A stretch of 64,000 nt of DNA from Chrysomallon squamiferum (GCA_012295275.1 CM022676.1:13206001-13270000), one strand, 5' to 3'. Counted from the first letter of the stretch, positions 44,995-59,417 are shown. Notes: generated by a model from the sequence alone, not told the origin. Numbers and translations are program-made.

Positions 44995-45113
44995 CTTGTA
45001 TTTCCAGGTACAGGTAGGTAACAGGTAGGTACAGTTACCTGTCACAGACACACTGAATGGAAGTCTTACATTAGTTAATGAGGTCAGTTCATTCTGTTTT
45101 ATTTCATACTTAG
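44995..45113 (-). CDS. Gene B exon: first half of Ig domain 2
   Basis: atttcag|CT AAG TAT...TAC AAG|gtttgt, 119 nt, phase 1/0; AKYEIKQNELTSLTNVRLPFSVSVTGNCTYLLPTCTWKYK. Supplies exactly the phase needed by the next exon. Confidence 0.78.
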
Positions 45114-46566
45114 CTGAAATATAAAAGGAATTATTAAAACAGCAGTAACAATAATAATATTTGTTAAATTTATTTATTTTGTTTTATTATGTTTTAAAAA
45201 TATTTTTAGGACTAAATTCCAGTGTGTATATATGAAATTTGTTTCAGTACACAAAAGAGTCATGTTAATTTCAAGTCAGTGTTAGTGAATTGATATTGTC
45301 TGATTTATATATTTTAATTTTTGATGATAAAGTATTGATCTGCATGTTTCTTCCAGTGTCAGAATCAGGTTGCTTATTAATTGCTCAAAATAACAACAAA
45401 TAACTAAATTTCAAACAAACTGTTACCATGTAACAAAAAAATCTAAATTACAATGTTTTTGATCAGTTGAAGATGTTTTAGAAAATCTTAATTTGATCTG
45501 GACAATACAGCACAGCTATGTTAAAAAATTCCACAACTTTATAAAATGGTAATAATCTTCTGAGACTGCTGCCATGCCATTTTTCATAAATCTGCTTTAT
45601 ACACGATATTGTTGAATCATTTTGTGCTTTTCACTATGTTTAAACTAATTGAACAGTAACTTGAATATAAAATGAATACATAAAAGCACCAAACTATACT
45701 GGGTACTAGGTGTAATAACAACAGAAAAATATGAATAAATGCATTTACAGTTCAAACAATGTAAGGCAAGTAATATAGTTATCTCAATTTAAAATCATAA
45801 AGTAGGATATCCAATTTGGTAGGAAACATTTCAAAACAGAGTGGGAAGATATTTTACATTTTCAGTTTGTATCCATGTTCTCTCAATTCAGCATCTGTAT
45901 GAAAGAGTATATATGTGATGGGAAAAATCATTAAGGTATCATGTTTTGACCTAACAATCTCTATTTAAAACATGTTTTAAAGTGCTGGTTCCAATAATTT
46001 TCTAATCTATTTTAAATATCATTTGAATCCTAATTTCATCATAACTATAACAATTTCTACTTTGTTCAATCTTTTACATTTTCTAGTAGTGTCACAAATA
46101 TCTATATTCTTGTTTCTGTAAATTAAGTGAATTCTACAAGATACTTATGCCCAGATCCAACTATAATTTTAATTTTAGCAAATGTTACATAAACTCTTTA
46201 TGAACCAGTCATCCATCTGATCTGTAAAATCTATTTGTTAATCCTAAAGGCATGAAAGTCTCTTCACAATTTAAATACTTCTCACATTAGACTGAAAATT
46301 TTATTTTCCCAGTTAACCAGATTTATAATTAACAAAATTAGTTATGACAAAAATGAAAAAAAAAATGAAAAAAAACTTGATAATATAATTTCATAAAATT
46401 AAAAAATAAGATGGAAAGAAAAAAAGAAAAATGATTTTCAGAATTCATTACGTTGAAGAAAAATATATCACGCATTTTGTTAAAAGTCAAGTCTTTTTCT
46501 TTTTCTAAAATTACTTTTTTTTTTTTTTCCTTTGTGTCAGTTATACAGAATGCTAATTATGTTTAC

Positions 46567-46884
46567 CTGACAAACCAACTATGCATGATGCTGGTGTGTT
46601 TGATGGAGAAGCATCCATACACTCCCATTTTGTGGCATCATCAGATCCACTGAAACTCTTTATCACTGCAGTCATAGATCCTGAAGCATTTCCAATTACC
46701 TCATATTCTATTTGGTGAAAAAAACATGAGCCAAAAGTACTGTTACACTGCACAACAGGTGCACCCTTCTTTAAAAAATACACCTTTGTATCAATGATTC
46801 CACTTTTGTAAATACACGTCAAGTTTAGCGGTATTCCCTCAAACCAGTTTGCAACACATGGACTGATTTCAAAAATAGCTGATC
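46567..46884 (-). CDS. Gene B exon: V-like Ig domain
   Basis: attttag|GA TCA GCT...TCA G|gtaaac, 318 nt; IPLNLTCIYK...VQC...GSC...MTAVIKSFSGSDDATKWEC. Confidence 0.87.
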
Positions 46885-48931
46885 CTAAAATAAATGATTT
46901 TTAAAATTAAATAAAAAATATTCTGTTAATTATTGAACTAAAATAGCATGTGAATAATATGATTTCTTTTAAAAGTCACTTCAAAGGGGTTTTACCAATA
47001 TATTTTACCCTCTGCATGATATTCAAATAGAAAAAAAAAAGAAAAAAAAAAGAAAATAGTAGCTAAATTAACTTTGTAGATAGTTGATTGTAGACTATTA
47101 TTTACTTCTGCAGAGCTTTAAAGTAGATACGATCCATTTTCTCTTTTAAATATTTTTAAAATTAAAGTAAGAGTCATATAAACATTTTATACATACAAAT
47201 TCATACTCTGTGGTAAGCCTATTCTGATACCACTTTCATCTTGGCTCTTGAAAATCCCAGCCAGGAGAGAAATTCTAAGCAAGTTATATGTGGTTACTTT
47301 TTTTACTAAAATGAATCCTTTAAACAATAATTTGTCTAAACTGGGCTTATATTTGCATATAATCAGATTGGCATATGTAAGTGTGTGTGTGTATTTTCTT
47401 GAAAACATTTCTATAAATGCTATTCTATTTTATTTCTAAAACTAAAGAAATTAGATTCTGGATATTAAAGGTTTGTCTAAAAATGATACAAAACAGTTCT
47501 CATCCATTATTCAAATACTAACCTTAATACTTTTCAGTTAACTAAAATCAAATAAAAGAATGAAAAATAGATCTCTACTGGGTGTCAGAAGTATGAAAAT
47601 TATTAATATAATGTTAAATAGTAAAGTAATATAAAAAATTAGGATTATAAAATGTGGTGTACAGAGCTGTGTAAAATACAAGAATCACATTTAAATGGAA
47701 TGTAAAAGAAGTTTGCTTCAAAATGTCAATAAAAGATCATGTAGAATCTAAATAGTTCCACCATTTACAACTATAAAATATGTCCACTGTCTCGGCAAAA
47801 ATGTCTGCATTCCATAAAAGGGTGCCAAACCCTCAAACTACACTGATAATGGTTACACTAAGACAGTGGATCTTTCTTGTAAGATATATAAACGGGTACA
47901 GTATATATATATTTGACTGGTGCTGACACAACACAAGATAACTGTATCCTTCCTGCACAGTCTATACAACTGCCAGTTACACGGGACTGGTTTAACAGAA
48001 TGAAACTTGTTTTAACTGTACAGTAAAAGTCATCTTGCCAAGTGGAAATGATATACTGGCTGATAGTATAGTAACCAGTCTTAGAATGTGGCAAATCCAA
48101 AACAGAAGTTGCAACAGAGTCTGCAATTCCATTACCCCTTGTGCCAACAGTTGGGTACCCAACAAAAATTAAGTTCTTATTGAAAATATTTTAAAAAGCA
48201 CATTTTAATATCTAAATCATAATTAAAGGATGTTGTAGCACTGTATGTTATAAAGTGTAGAGACACAAAGTGAGTCAACAAAACTTTGGATGAAGATGCT
48301 TTATTTATTTCATGCTTTAAAGATTGCAAACATTTGGCAGTGAATATAGATGGCGAACTGCACAATGTCATGCAAATTTCAATGTCTGATGGTAAAAGAT
48401 TGCAGCACATACCACAGAATTTCCTTCCTGTGATCTGCCTGTATAAGCAGAAATGTATATTATGATTGAGCAGATAGCATGGAATCATCCTTTTACAGTG
48501 TAGGAAACATGTATGAGCAATTTGCAGGACTCCAGGTATTACACAAACATGTGATTGATCACATGTTCAATGGTTTTACAACTGATTAAGGAAATAGGGT
48601 AATAATTAGAGGATTCATTGGATTCTTAACAGGCTTCTGAAAAGGAATGATAGTCACTTTCTGCCAATCAGAAGCAAAGCGAACAGAAATCCAGGTTAAA
48701 AGACAGAAGAATTTGGGTAGATATTTAAGTAATCAGTAATGCGTTTCATTTCATCCATGATCCAGCTACAGTATAATGAGCTCTTTGTACAGCATCCTGT
48801 AACTCTTTAAGGGTCTATTGTATACTTCAGATGTAAAAGTTAATATTTTCTTTTCTGCTTTAACCCTGAAGTATTGGTGCTGAAAGCAAAAGTATTATGA
48901 GAAAAGATATCTATCACAATGTGATGGCAAA

Positions 48932-49625
48932 TTATTATTATTATTATTATATCATATTTATATAGCACCTTTTCCATACTAGTCCAAGAGTGTTTTAGTG
49001 TAAACAAATAAATTAAAATATAAAAGACAAGAACATAAACATATCAAAATAATGGTGAACATGTTAAAATGGTGGTAAGAATAAATGAGTCACATTTAAA
49101 AACTGTATAAGATAATTAATAGACTAACTTGAACATTTAAAAAATGGAAAAATAAAACATAACAATGTGGATTTGAAAAATATGGGCTTTTAGTAGTGTT
49201 TTAAATGTAGTAGTTGTTTCTGATTTTACTTGAAAGTCAGTGCAGCATAACTCAAACATCTCTGGATATGTAGTTGTTCTTATTCTTAATGAATTCTGTG
49301 ATTGTTGATTCTTACTTGCCCTGCACACTTCCATCATGCCCTTGATGCACTTTGGGGACTGATCATTTAAGACATTTTTATGTATGGACCACGCATTTGT
49401 CCTGTGTCCAACAGTGAACCTCCTTCAGTACTGGGGATATATGACTGTGACATCATGTTCTGGTCACAATGCATGCTGCTGTATTCTTGACCCATTGTCA
49501 CGATTGTAGTTTGTTCAGCAAGATGTTAGTCAAATCGTGTAGTAGTCCATTGTAATAGTCAAATGCTGAAATCTTAAGTCCATTCACCAGTGTTTTTGTG
49601 GCATCACTTGTTTTTCTTGGTTATC
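48932..49625 (-). mobile_element. Decayed 3' end of an L2/CR1-group LINE
   Basis: Minus-strand peptides DATKTLVNGLKISAFDYYNGLL (cf. L2 ORF2 ktLVhalVxSRLDYCNsLL) and FKTLLKAHIF (ORF2 C-terminus), then a ...gctatataaat tail and (AAT)n. Confidence 0.72.
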
Positions 49626-50242
49626 CATGTACCCAGTCCATCAATATTCACATAACAATCCATGTGTTCAAAATGCATGAAGTGACCATGGTGACTTGAT
49701 GTCACCAGATGCACACATGTGGCAGTTTTGTAGATGAGTGCAATACTGCCTCATTTTCTACCAATTCTTTTTCCAATAGGAACAAGTTCTCCAACACATA
49801 TTCTGTCAACAGTACTTCAAAACCACATCTGAGTTGATTCAACAAGATAAAAGTTGTTAGAAAGTATACAATCACAGAGGGAGAGCCTCTTGCAGATCTG
49901 GAGACCTTTCTCTGTTGTTACTTTATAACTAGGAGCATGCTTTATCTTGAAAGAATTCCTTGGTTTTACATGGAATCAGACTGATGTAATATTCTTGTTA
50001 CTTTAAGGTGTATGGCAACATGAGGCTGCATAATGAATACAAAGTCCCGTCATTGTTTGTCTAATTGCCAGGAGTTGTTGGCATTCAAATTACTCTAGGT
50101 TATTCAAAGGGTTTAAAAATAGCCACATCTGTAGTCATTTTTATGCTCAGTGTTTTATCTTTAGTCATAATTAGAGTTCTAAAACAAACGAGACAAATCT
50201 AGCTTTTTAAATATTCATCACTTTGTTAATGCATAAAATTTC

Positions 50243-50281
<39 letters not shown>

Positions 50282-50553
50282 TGGCAGTCAAAAATAAACA
50301 TTATATATTTCACAAATAATAACGTGTAAGATGTGGAACACTAAACTCCATATATGCAGGCTTAGTTACCTGTGCTATATGAAATGTTTTGCTAATGACA
50401 ATAACTGTGGTATTCAGAATGTAATTTTTTTCTTTGTTTTTAATAAATTATTATTAATATTTATTATTGTTGTTGTTGTTCCTCATTTTTGGGTTTACTC
50501 TTTTTGCAGATATTTATTTATTTATACATTTTGTAGATATACATTTAACTAAC

Positions 50554-50629
50554 CTTCTGCCTTCCACACATGTGAAAAAACAAACAATGCTATGGAAATC
50601 CAATGACACCAGGCGATTACTCCATTCAT
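50554..50629 (-). CDS. Gene B leader exon: signal peptide MNGVIAWCHWISIALFVFSHVWKAE-G
   Basis: Exon 50554-50653 with acceptor catttttcag|GAT and phase-1 donor G|gttagt; hydrophobic core. Not in the ORF track. Confidence 0.82.
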
Positions 50630-51249
50630 TTCCAGTATGTCCAAGTGCTTATCCTGAAAAATGTAAATTACTCTGTTAATTATTTTAATATCCTTTTTTT
50701 TTTTTTTTTATTAGTGTTCTATTATTATTTTCTTTTCTTTTTTAAATGGGGTTATCGTTATATATTAAAGTTACGCCTACTCCAACCATTATTTTGTTTT
50801 TTTCTAAATTAAAATTATATTATTATTACAGAATATATTAATGATTTTTAAGCCTTCAAGAGCAAGCTAATCCTCTACAAGATATTAACTATAATTATGC
50901 CTTCAAATCTATTAAATTCTTAACACTATTTACATAAACAAAATAAAATTAAATTAAAAATAATGATAATAATACTTGTAATAATAATAATAAACAGAAT
51001 AACTGCATTATTTGGTATATTATTTAAAATTTATGAATGTTTAATTTTTGTTTTAATTTATTTATTTATTTATTTACTTGAAAGAAAAGTACTAATTAAA
51101 AACTATGTATTAAACTGTTTGGCAAGGGATGTTCTTGTAAAGTTTTCTATCTTTTTTTCGAATATTTTTGGGGGTTTAATTATTTTACATATACTGTAAC
51201 TTATTTACAGGCCATCATAATAAATATTAAAAATTAGAAGGAATATGAC

Positions 51250-51290
<41 letters not shown>

Positions 51291-51810
51291 CCCTTAAAAC
51301 TTGAGTAAAAAGTATAAAGAGAAATTTAAAAAACAAAAATGTAAAGAACATATTTTTCTTTCACTCCAAATAACAAACTGCATATCGTACGGTAAAGTGA
51401 CGTTTCATATGAAAGTGTATACTAAACACTATTACTACAGTGTATTACACACTAATATATAAATTTATTTATTTCCACCTGCTTTATAAAACCGAAAAAT
51501 ACTTTTATAAAAAAAGGGGAAAATGGTCAATTTACACTTCAAAGTGACTGATTTATGGTTGCAGTAATAGCAAAATATTCGACTAATGAAGGCGCAGACA
51601 TTACTCTGAGTGATTATAATGCAAACGTCAGTCCTCCCACAATCCCAGTCGCCCAGTCGATAATAACAGTGCCAACAAAATAAAGCGCTATTCTTCAGTT
51701 TTTTGAGTTTATCCAATATTTTAATCATCCAGCTTAGTTTAAATAAAGGCAAAATAAAACATGAAAACAACGTAAAGAAGCAAATAAAAACATAAATACT
51801 AATTACGTAC

Positions 51811-51930
51811 CAGGACTGGTTTTCTTAACTCTTTACCAAACTTATCCTCGACGAAATAAATGGGCTGTTCATAGTATGGACCAACAGGAACGATAACTCG
51901 TAACGGCACAAATTACGTCACCGGAAAAAA
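51811..51930 (-). promoter_or_regulatory. Probable non-coding first exon and promoter of gene B
   Basis: Donor CTG|gtacgt at 51811/51810; locally CpG-richer; CRE-like TGACGTAA (51913-51920) adjacent to an ETS-like CCGGAA (51921-51926). Confidence 0.45.
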
Positions 51931-53317
51931 TGCCTCCAGAATTTAATGGGTGCAAACTACACCTGAACGTTCTTTTCTGTTGGGTTCTGACACGGAGAAT
52001 ATTGCCAGTTAGAAAACTTAATACATTAAATTTATACCGAATTATAATTTTAGTTTATTTTGCATGCATTTGCACAAAAATAATCGAGTTTGAAAAAGTT
52101 GATTAAGCTGAAAAAGTAGCTACGAAAGACACGTGACATCATGTCTTGGTAATAGGAAAAACCATACTTATCTTCATCAGTGTAAATCATAAAAAGTTCA
52201 CAAAACAGACGTAAAATAATGGAATCTGGAAGTTTAAAAACCACAGCGTCGAACGCCGATCAGTGTTTACAAACTTTTAAATACGAATATATTTAGAAAG
52301 ACACACAAGCAATCTAGTAAAGCTGATTAACTAATATCTCTAAATATACATATCAAAAGCTATCATTGCCGAAGCTGTGGCTCTATGGACATCCTCTAAA
52401 CACACCAACACAGCAAACATCAATCTCTGAGCTGGAAGAAGAGTACATCTCATCTAGAATATGCTTCCACAGCACCGATCACAGCAATAAAAATACCCCA
52501 CTAAGCCAGTATGGAAAATATCCAAAATGTCAGCATGAATTCTGAACGTGTCTTGTGAATGAAGACGAAGAAAAAACCATTTCGTATTACAATTAATCAT
52601 TTGTCTAATCGATGTGCTTTTTAAAGCTATTATAAAATTATATATATTTATCATTTTAATACCTTTGTTTTTACATATTTGATTATTAAACTGTTTTTCA
52701 TTTTTTCAAAACTACTATAATCATGCATATTTAGAAAAATAATGTGTTTAGTTGGGATTTGTGGGTATGTTTCTCCTGGCTAAATGTAGTCATTATCAAA
52801 AAGTTTAAAACTATTAGTCTTCTAGAAGACAATGTTTTTTTTAAATTAATTTTTATGTTTATTTCTATCTAAATGTACTGAAAATACAACGCTGTTGCTA
52901 ATGAGCTGATACAACTAGCAGAAATTTACAACGATCTGCCGTAACCAAACTATTTATGTCTGACCATTTGCATTAGCGGGCTGCTAACACATTTCCATGG
53001 AACTAACCGTCAGTTTGACAATTATGATACAAAGCATATTTCAGTGAATTAGGCCGCAGTCTGTATGCCAAATTGGTGAAAAGGTCCATTGTGGATATTA
53101 ATTAATTTTGTATGATGTCTGAAAGGTCCGATATAGCTGGTTGGACATTCCAGATTGGCAGTGAAGTATAACTGAAATATCTTCAGACCTATTTTATGTA
53201 TTTATTTATTTGTTTTCATCACCATCTGGTGTTGTTTATTAGTGTTCCAAATAATAAATCAAGTCCCTTATTTATTTATATATATATATATAAACAGTCA
53301 ATATAAACAGTCGTGCA

Positions 53318-53350
<33 letters not shown>

Positions 53351-53545
53351 GTCATTTTTGTAACTTGAATTTTTTTATAATATCATGCAACCATTTATAC
53401 TTTTTATTTATATCCGCGTCAGTTTTAGGCTCATTGTACCAGAAAATCCAATTATCCTAAACTGACCAGTTTATAATATGATAGAAAGCAGTTTAATTAT
53501 ATTATGTTATATCGTATACATGGGAAGATAACCATTTGGATAGAG

Positions 53546-53570
53546 CAGGGGTAGGCATTCTACGGCCCGC
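53546..53570 (+). mobile_element. hAT (Charlie-like) left-terminus fragment
   Basis: CAGGGGTAGGCATTCTACGGCCCGC resembles the CAGGGGT.GGCAA.CTACGGCCCGC start of hAT-Charlie elements; no partner end seen. Confidence 0.4.
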
Positions 53571-53662
53571 AGACTAAACGCAACAGTTTGCAAATGGTGG
53601 GCTGTGATGTACTTCTGAATATAATATGATCAATTTTATAAATATTTATTTCAGCATAACTA

Positions 53663-53727
<65 letters not shown>

Positions 53728-53744
53728 TAATTTTTAATTTAAAA

Positions 53745-54579
53745 AACCAAGAGAGAAAAATCGAAGATGCTACCTACACGAGCCTTGATGACAGAGAAAG
53801 ATATAAGCAAAAAGATAACAGAGGAGCACATTCGGACGTGGTGTCAAAAGATCATATGTGAATGACTGTAGCATCAAGGAGCCTAAGGAAAATTAGAAGA
53901 GCCTAGATGACAGGCCTTGACAGACTGATAACAGTCCTAGATGCAATGGGTGCAGAAATCTATGATAACATACGATCATAGAACGAAACAGACGGTTTCT
54001 ATCAGAGCTATATGACAGTGAACAGATACCGTAAGTCACAGCATCTCGAAACACGAACCCGATATAAAACCATGGGAAGCTGATAAGAATATGATCATTT
54101 AATAACCGAAACACAAAAGACAACGCAAGGATGGTAATTTTCTTCATAAAATGAAATAAGAAACATTTCAAGGACTAGAGTCCCATATGTTTATTGTCAG
54201 ATATGTATACAAATACTAACAAAGAGACTAGATACTCAACTAAATCAAGATAAATTCAGGGCGTAGGTACCCAATGACAGACCACAACTATATCAACTGA
54301 AGACGTGCCAAGAATACTCTTTTCGTCAACTATGGAAAGGCTTTCCAGTCAGTACAGACTCAGGCAGTACCGACCTCGCACCAAGTACAGGAGCTAGAAG
54401 ATGTGTATATTGAACTCTTGAAATACATCGATATGAACACCTCAGTGATGGTTAATCTCTATGAAAAAAAGCAACAGAATACAATTAAAGACAGGTGTAT
54501 GAGAGGGAGACACCATATTAATAAAGTTGTTACCGCAATACAAGAGAGCATATTTAGAAACTTTAACTGCGAAACGAAA
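53745..54579 (+). mobile_element. Decayed RTE-clade LINE reverse-transcriptase fragment
   Basis: Peptides PICLLSDMY, ILTKRL, TDH and YIELLKYIDMNTSVMVNL...VTAIQESIFRNFNCETKG follow the order of non-LTR RT motifs (YRPIxLL ... STxDHI ... GVRQGDxxSPxLF region). Many stops and frameshifts. Confidence 0.75.
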
Positions 54580-55300
54580 GGGGTCATTCCATGTCAAATC
54601 ACCCACTGAGTTTAACCTCACCATCTTCGATTTTCCTGAAATTTGGAATATAGCATTGATTGACAAAATAGACGAAAATCTCAAACATTAATTCATCGGA
54701 GCAGTTGTGGAGCTATGAGACCTCGAATTTTGGCTTTCTGCAAAAAAAAAAAAAAAAAAGGAAACAAAATGAAAAAAAAAAGAAATTGGGCATGACCTCC
54801 ACTCTATAAACCCTTGGTAACAAGATTCGATTTTGATGAATCTGCTATTATGGAAAACTTATTTGATAAGGATTACAAATTTCTTATTATTTTCTTGATA
54901 GGTATATACTAAATTCTGGTAACCTTCTGACCTTTTTGAAATAGAATTTGTGGCCAAATAAACTTGAAAGATGTCAAGTCAAAATTAAACCCTCAAGATG
55001 CTATCCAAAATATTAGAAAAAAGAAAAAAAAAAAAAGAGAGAGAGAGGTGTAACATTTTTATTTTAGTAGTAAAATACAACTGAAGTGGACATACCTGAA
55101 CATAAAAAGTTCATTTTGACATTTCTAATGCTTTACTGTACGTACACAAAATGCACTGTAATCCAGTAGGGAAATATGACATATTTAGTTCTTTATTATA
55201 CCCTTATTCTGTGTGGTGATTTTGGGATATAGGACTACAAAGTAATTCGGAGCCACGAACAGCCTAGTGTAAAAAGTTGTCATATCAAAAAAGCAGAAGG
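54580..55300 (+). mobile_element. DNA transposon fragment (same family as 42281-42840) abutting the RTE remnant
   Basis: Starts GGGGTCATTCCATGTCAAATCA exactly where RT homology stops; colinear blocks shared with 42281-42840. Confidence 0.6.
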
Positions 55301-55591
55301 ATATATTAGGACAAGGAGTTAGAACTAAGGCAAAAACTTAGAAAATGAGATTATTAGTTCTTATGAAAGTGATGAAAATAGGAAAATGTTCAGGAAAGTC
55401 AATTAGGTTAATTTTAAATTGTTTTTTAATTTTCCTTTTTTAAACTCATGCTACAAAAATTACAAACTGCGTCAAATGAAGTGTCAAAGGAAATTTGGTA
55501 CGGACGATTTCAAAGGCATAATATTCTTATGTTTGGGTCGTTTGTAGCCCTCAAATTATGCCATATGTGCTGAAGTCAGAACCATTATTAA

Positions 55592-55622
<31 letters not shown>

Positions 55623-58600
55623 TGTTTTTTTTGTTGTGTTTTTTAAAATAATTTCACTGTGGATTAACATATTACAGCATATTATGCATAAGTTGTATTA
55701 AAGAATTAAAGAAACGGAAAAAAAGAAAAAACGAAAGAAGGACAAAGCTAATAGTCGAATCATTTACATTGCATATATTTTAGTCATTTACTTATTCTCC
55801 AAGAACTGCATGATAGATGTTTATTTTGAATGCACTGGTATCAGGGAATCAACAAGTTCGAATCCTGTTTTGCAAAACAGGCTGGAGATATTTCTTTAAA
55901 TATTTATCTATAAAATTACCAAATCACGTAGAATTTTTGATGAGCAGCTATTAATGTTTCAAAATAATAAAACTATTAAAGGAATAAAAACATCAACAAC
56001 AACATGAAAAAATGAAAGAAACAAAAATAAACAAAGAAACAAAAAACAACAAAAATACCTCTTATTTGTTTACTGCGACGCAGGAGGCATACGAGTTGTC
56101 TTGTTAAACATTCAGTAAAAGAACATTTAGCAATGAAGACATAACAAATCGTAGTCAGATAACATTAAGATACTATGTTGATCTCCTCTGGAATTTTTGA
56201 AAATAGTTACAGAGGAAAATGTAATTTTTATTCATTACATACGATACAACATGTCCCTTGGTTTGCTTGATGATTTGTTATAGATTCAGGGGAGGATGAC
56301 GGAAGGGAAATTCCGAGTACACAGTAGCCCCCCCAGCGAAAACAACACAAAAAACTTAATTAATAATAATAAAATAAATAAAATAGATGTCCACATGTTC
56401 TGAATGATGTTGAAACTAAACTGGATGGCACCTGAACAGTTTGGTTTCCTGATACAATGGCTATGGCGACAAGTACTAGCCATGAGACAGCAATGCCAAG
56501 AACTTTCAAAATACAAATACTGTAAAATTTGTAATTTCAAATATTAAATATTTACACATTGTTTCGGAAACTGCCCTTATTTAAGGCATAATACTTACCA
56601 GCGTACCCGAGTTAATATCTATCGGTCAACATCTCAATAACAACAAAATCACAAATCCTAATATTATGTTCCTATATATATTTAGTCTAAAGTTATCGCC
56701 ATTTTACTAATAACGAATATATTATAGATAATAATAATAACAACAACAACGCTACCAATCTGAAATATACATCATCTGAAGTTGAACACTTCAGACAAGA
56801 TACTAACTAAACATTCAGAATGGATCTGTTCACCAATTTGATTTTCATATTTGGCCTGGCTCATGCACTAAAAATAACATCTTAACCAATACCAAGATGC
56901 ATTTGTCGGAATTTTGTTTGTTTTGGTTCTTTTAATGATATATATAATAATTTGGGCGAGGGGCCTGGGACCGCCAAAGGCGCAAAATTCTCGATTCTAG
57001 CCATTTCGTGTCTGATGTCTTTGAAGTCACTTATGTCTTTCATCACAGCGATGTAGGTAGACTTCATACGGTAACCGTAGACATAAATAAATTCATTCAG
57101 TCGATATCGTTTCTATCGGAATAGAGATTTATATGTTGTTGGGTTTTTTTTTTTTTTGGTTTTTCATTAAATAAAATCTTTGTATAAAGAAAAAAATCGT
57201 CAATTTCGGTATGAGGTATTTGCCTCATTTGCCTCAATGTAGATACGGCCATGCTTTGTTGATAAACTTTTAAAAATAAAAATATAGGACGCACTTTTCA
57301 AAAGTACTTGTTTTTTTGTGATTGTTTTTTTTTTTACTCCCAGTGCAATGCTTGTTTCGTGCAGGTGTATAATTTTGTCCCAACATTTTGGAATTAAATT
57401 GGTGATAAAAAAATTAAAAAAAAAAAATAAATAAATAAGTATATCATTCACATGTTAAACTTTCTTATATGCTATTTTGCTCTGTTGAATAACATAATTT
57501 TGAATAAACATTTTCTAAATGTTGGTATTAAAGTATTAATCCTATTCTGATTATTTCGACTCCATCTTTACATTAAAATGTTTTCTGACTTAAGGAAAGA
57601 TAAATATTCGTTATTTAATATATTTTACAGCTAGCAGTTTGTTCCATTTTAAACTGCAGAAACACTTTTGCGTTTTTTCCATGAATATGAAAAGAGTACT
57701 AAGTTTTGCTATCGTTGCTAAGAGAAAGTGTTTACAGCTGATCTTTGCAATCGTCAAAAAATATACACCAAGGGTCATGATCACGAAGATATCGGTCGTT
57801 AGATCATAACGCACGAGATGTGCATTTCGTGCAGCGCCTGTGCACGAGAGTAAATTTTACCCCTACCTTTGGATTCTGAGTAACAAATTGGTGAACATAT
57901 GCATTTATTTTTATGTATTTTGTTGATTACATTGTACTTTTACAGAAAATTGTAGTCATATAAAATCTAAGTACACCATTTATATATTAAAACCTGTAAG
58001 ACAACTGACAAATATGAATAAACATTTTCCAAATACTGGTACTATAACAGTGAAAGCTTTGTGTTCTCTGTTGTTTTCTAATTTCTTTTTGATCAAATTG
58101 TGGGGAATGTAACTAGAGAGAAAGGTATTGGTTGATCTAGAGAATAAGAACGACAACCTGGAATTAGTTTTTATTGTGGACGGTTTTTACATCTATATTA
58201 TTCGGCCTTTTACTAAAACTATTCTAAATCGCTTATGTGATCATCTAATGAGAATTTAATAGCTACTATTTCTTTGTGCCATAATAGTTTATGAAACTTC
58301 TGGCATATTTGTTACCTGTTAACTTGCTTATTGTATTGGTAGATCGGATTGTAAATTGTTTCTTTCTGTTAATTGTCAGGCTGGCAGTTTTTATTTTTAC
58401 CAGTATTTACTTATCCAAGCAGGCTTGTTGTTTAAAGCATAATGTGTGTTTTATTGTGTTTGTTGTTGATAATCAGCTTTGCCCTATGACAATGCTATAA
58501 TATTAATTATATTCTGATTACATTAATTTCATCTGCTTATATCTAAAAAGCTTTTCTGACATAGGTTTTCGTGATATTTACATGTATCCTGTAAAAAAAA

Positions 58601-59417
58601 CAAAATCACCTACTGAATATAAAATATAATATAACAAGATTAAAATTTATTAACTTTATCTAACTGTATAGTGCATATAATTCAAGTTTATTCTCTTTGA
58701 AAACAATTACTATTATTCAGGGGTTAATTTGCAATCTTCGGATTTTCCTGCATAATGCCCATACAACCAACTCAGACATGAAATTATCTAATAATAGTAT
58801 AATAATAATAACAGATTTTGAATCATATTATTCTGAATGCACAGAGCCACTTGCAAAACTGTAAACTCTTTATATCATGTTGGTAGAAAAATGTCGAAAC
58901 TTTCTATGATAAATTCTTATATTAAAAACAATCTATGCAAGTTATAAAATGTCTCAAGAGCTAGATTTGACCAATTGCTTCATAAACCTCTCATTCAGAA
59001 AGACAATTGGCCTGAACATGTTTTAATTTAAAACGACAGAAAATTCTTGAGCTATGTCACGAGAAAAGAAAAAGGCGAAAAATTCCGTCTTTTTCAGCCA
59101 GATTTATTGATTTTAGTAAATGCATTATAAAGAAATATATATATGTGCAGAATTTTATATAGAACAATATAATCGGAACTGCATGTTCCTAGGTACATTG
59201 GATCGAAAGTTATAAGATATTTTACCTACATCCATACTGGAACTGTTCTTCAATATAATACCCAAATTCGACCTATCTCATGGACTAATAGTCATTTATC
59301 AAGTAAACATGGCTGAAAAACTTTAGAAGACGGTCCAAAATGAAAGACTAGAATCAAAAGAATAAAAAATAGTATACTTCTCAGAATAAAACTTCTTATT
59401 TGAATTTACGAACCACG

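Noticed and set aside
45039-45113. Shorter 75-nt version of the gene B exon using the donor ACAG|gtaact
   Set aside because: Ends in phase 1 and is incompatible with the phase-0 exon at 43377; the longer exon restores C-x-Y-x-x-P-x-x-x-W. It could at most be a minor alternative donor.
47858-48830. GC-richer intronic stretch with ORFs 47858-48100 and 48177-48488 as a gene or transposase
   Set aside because: No recognisable motifs or splice structure; probably decayed TE that I cannot classify.
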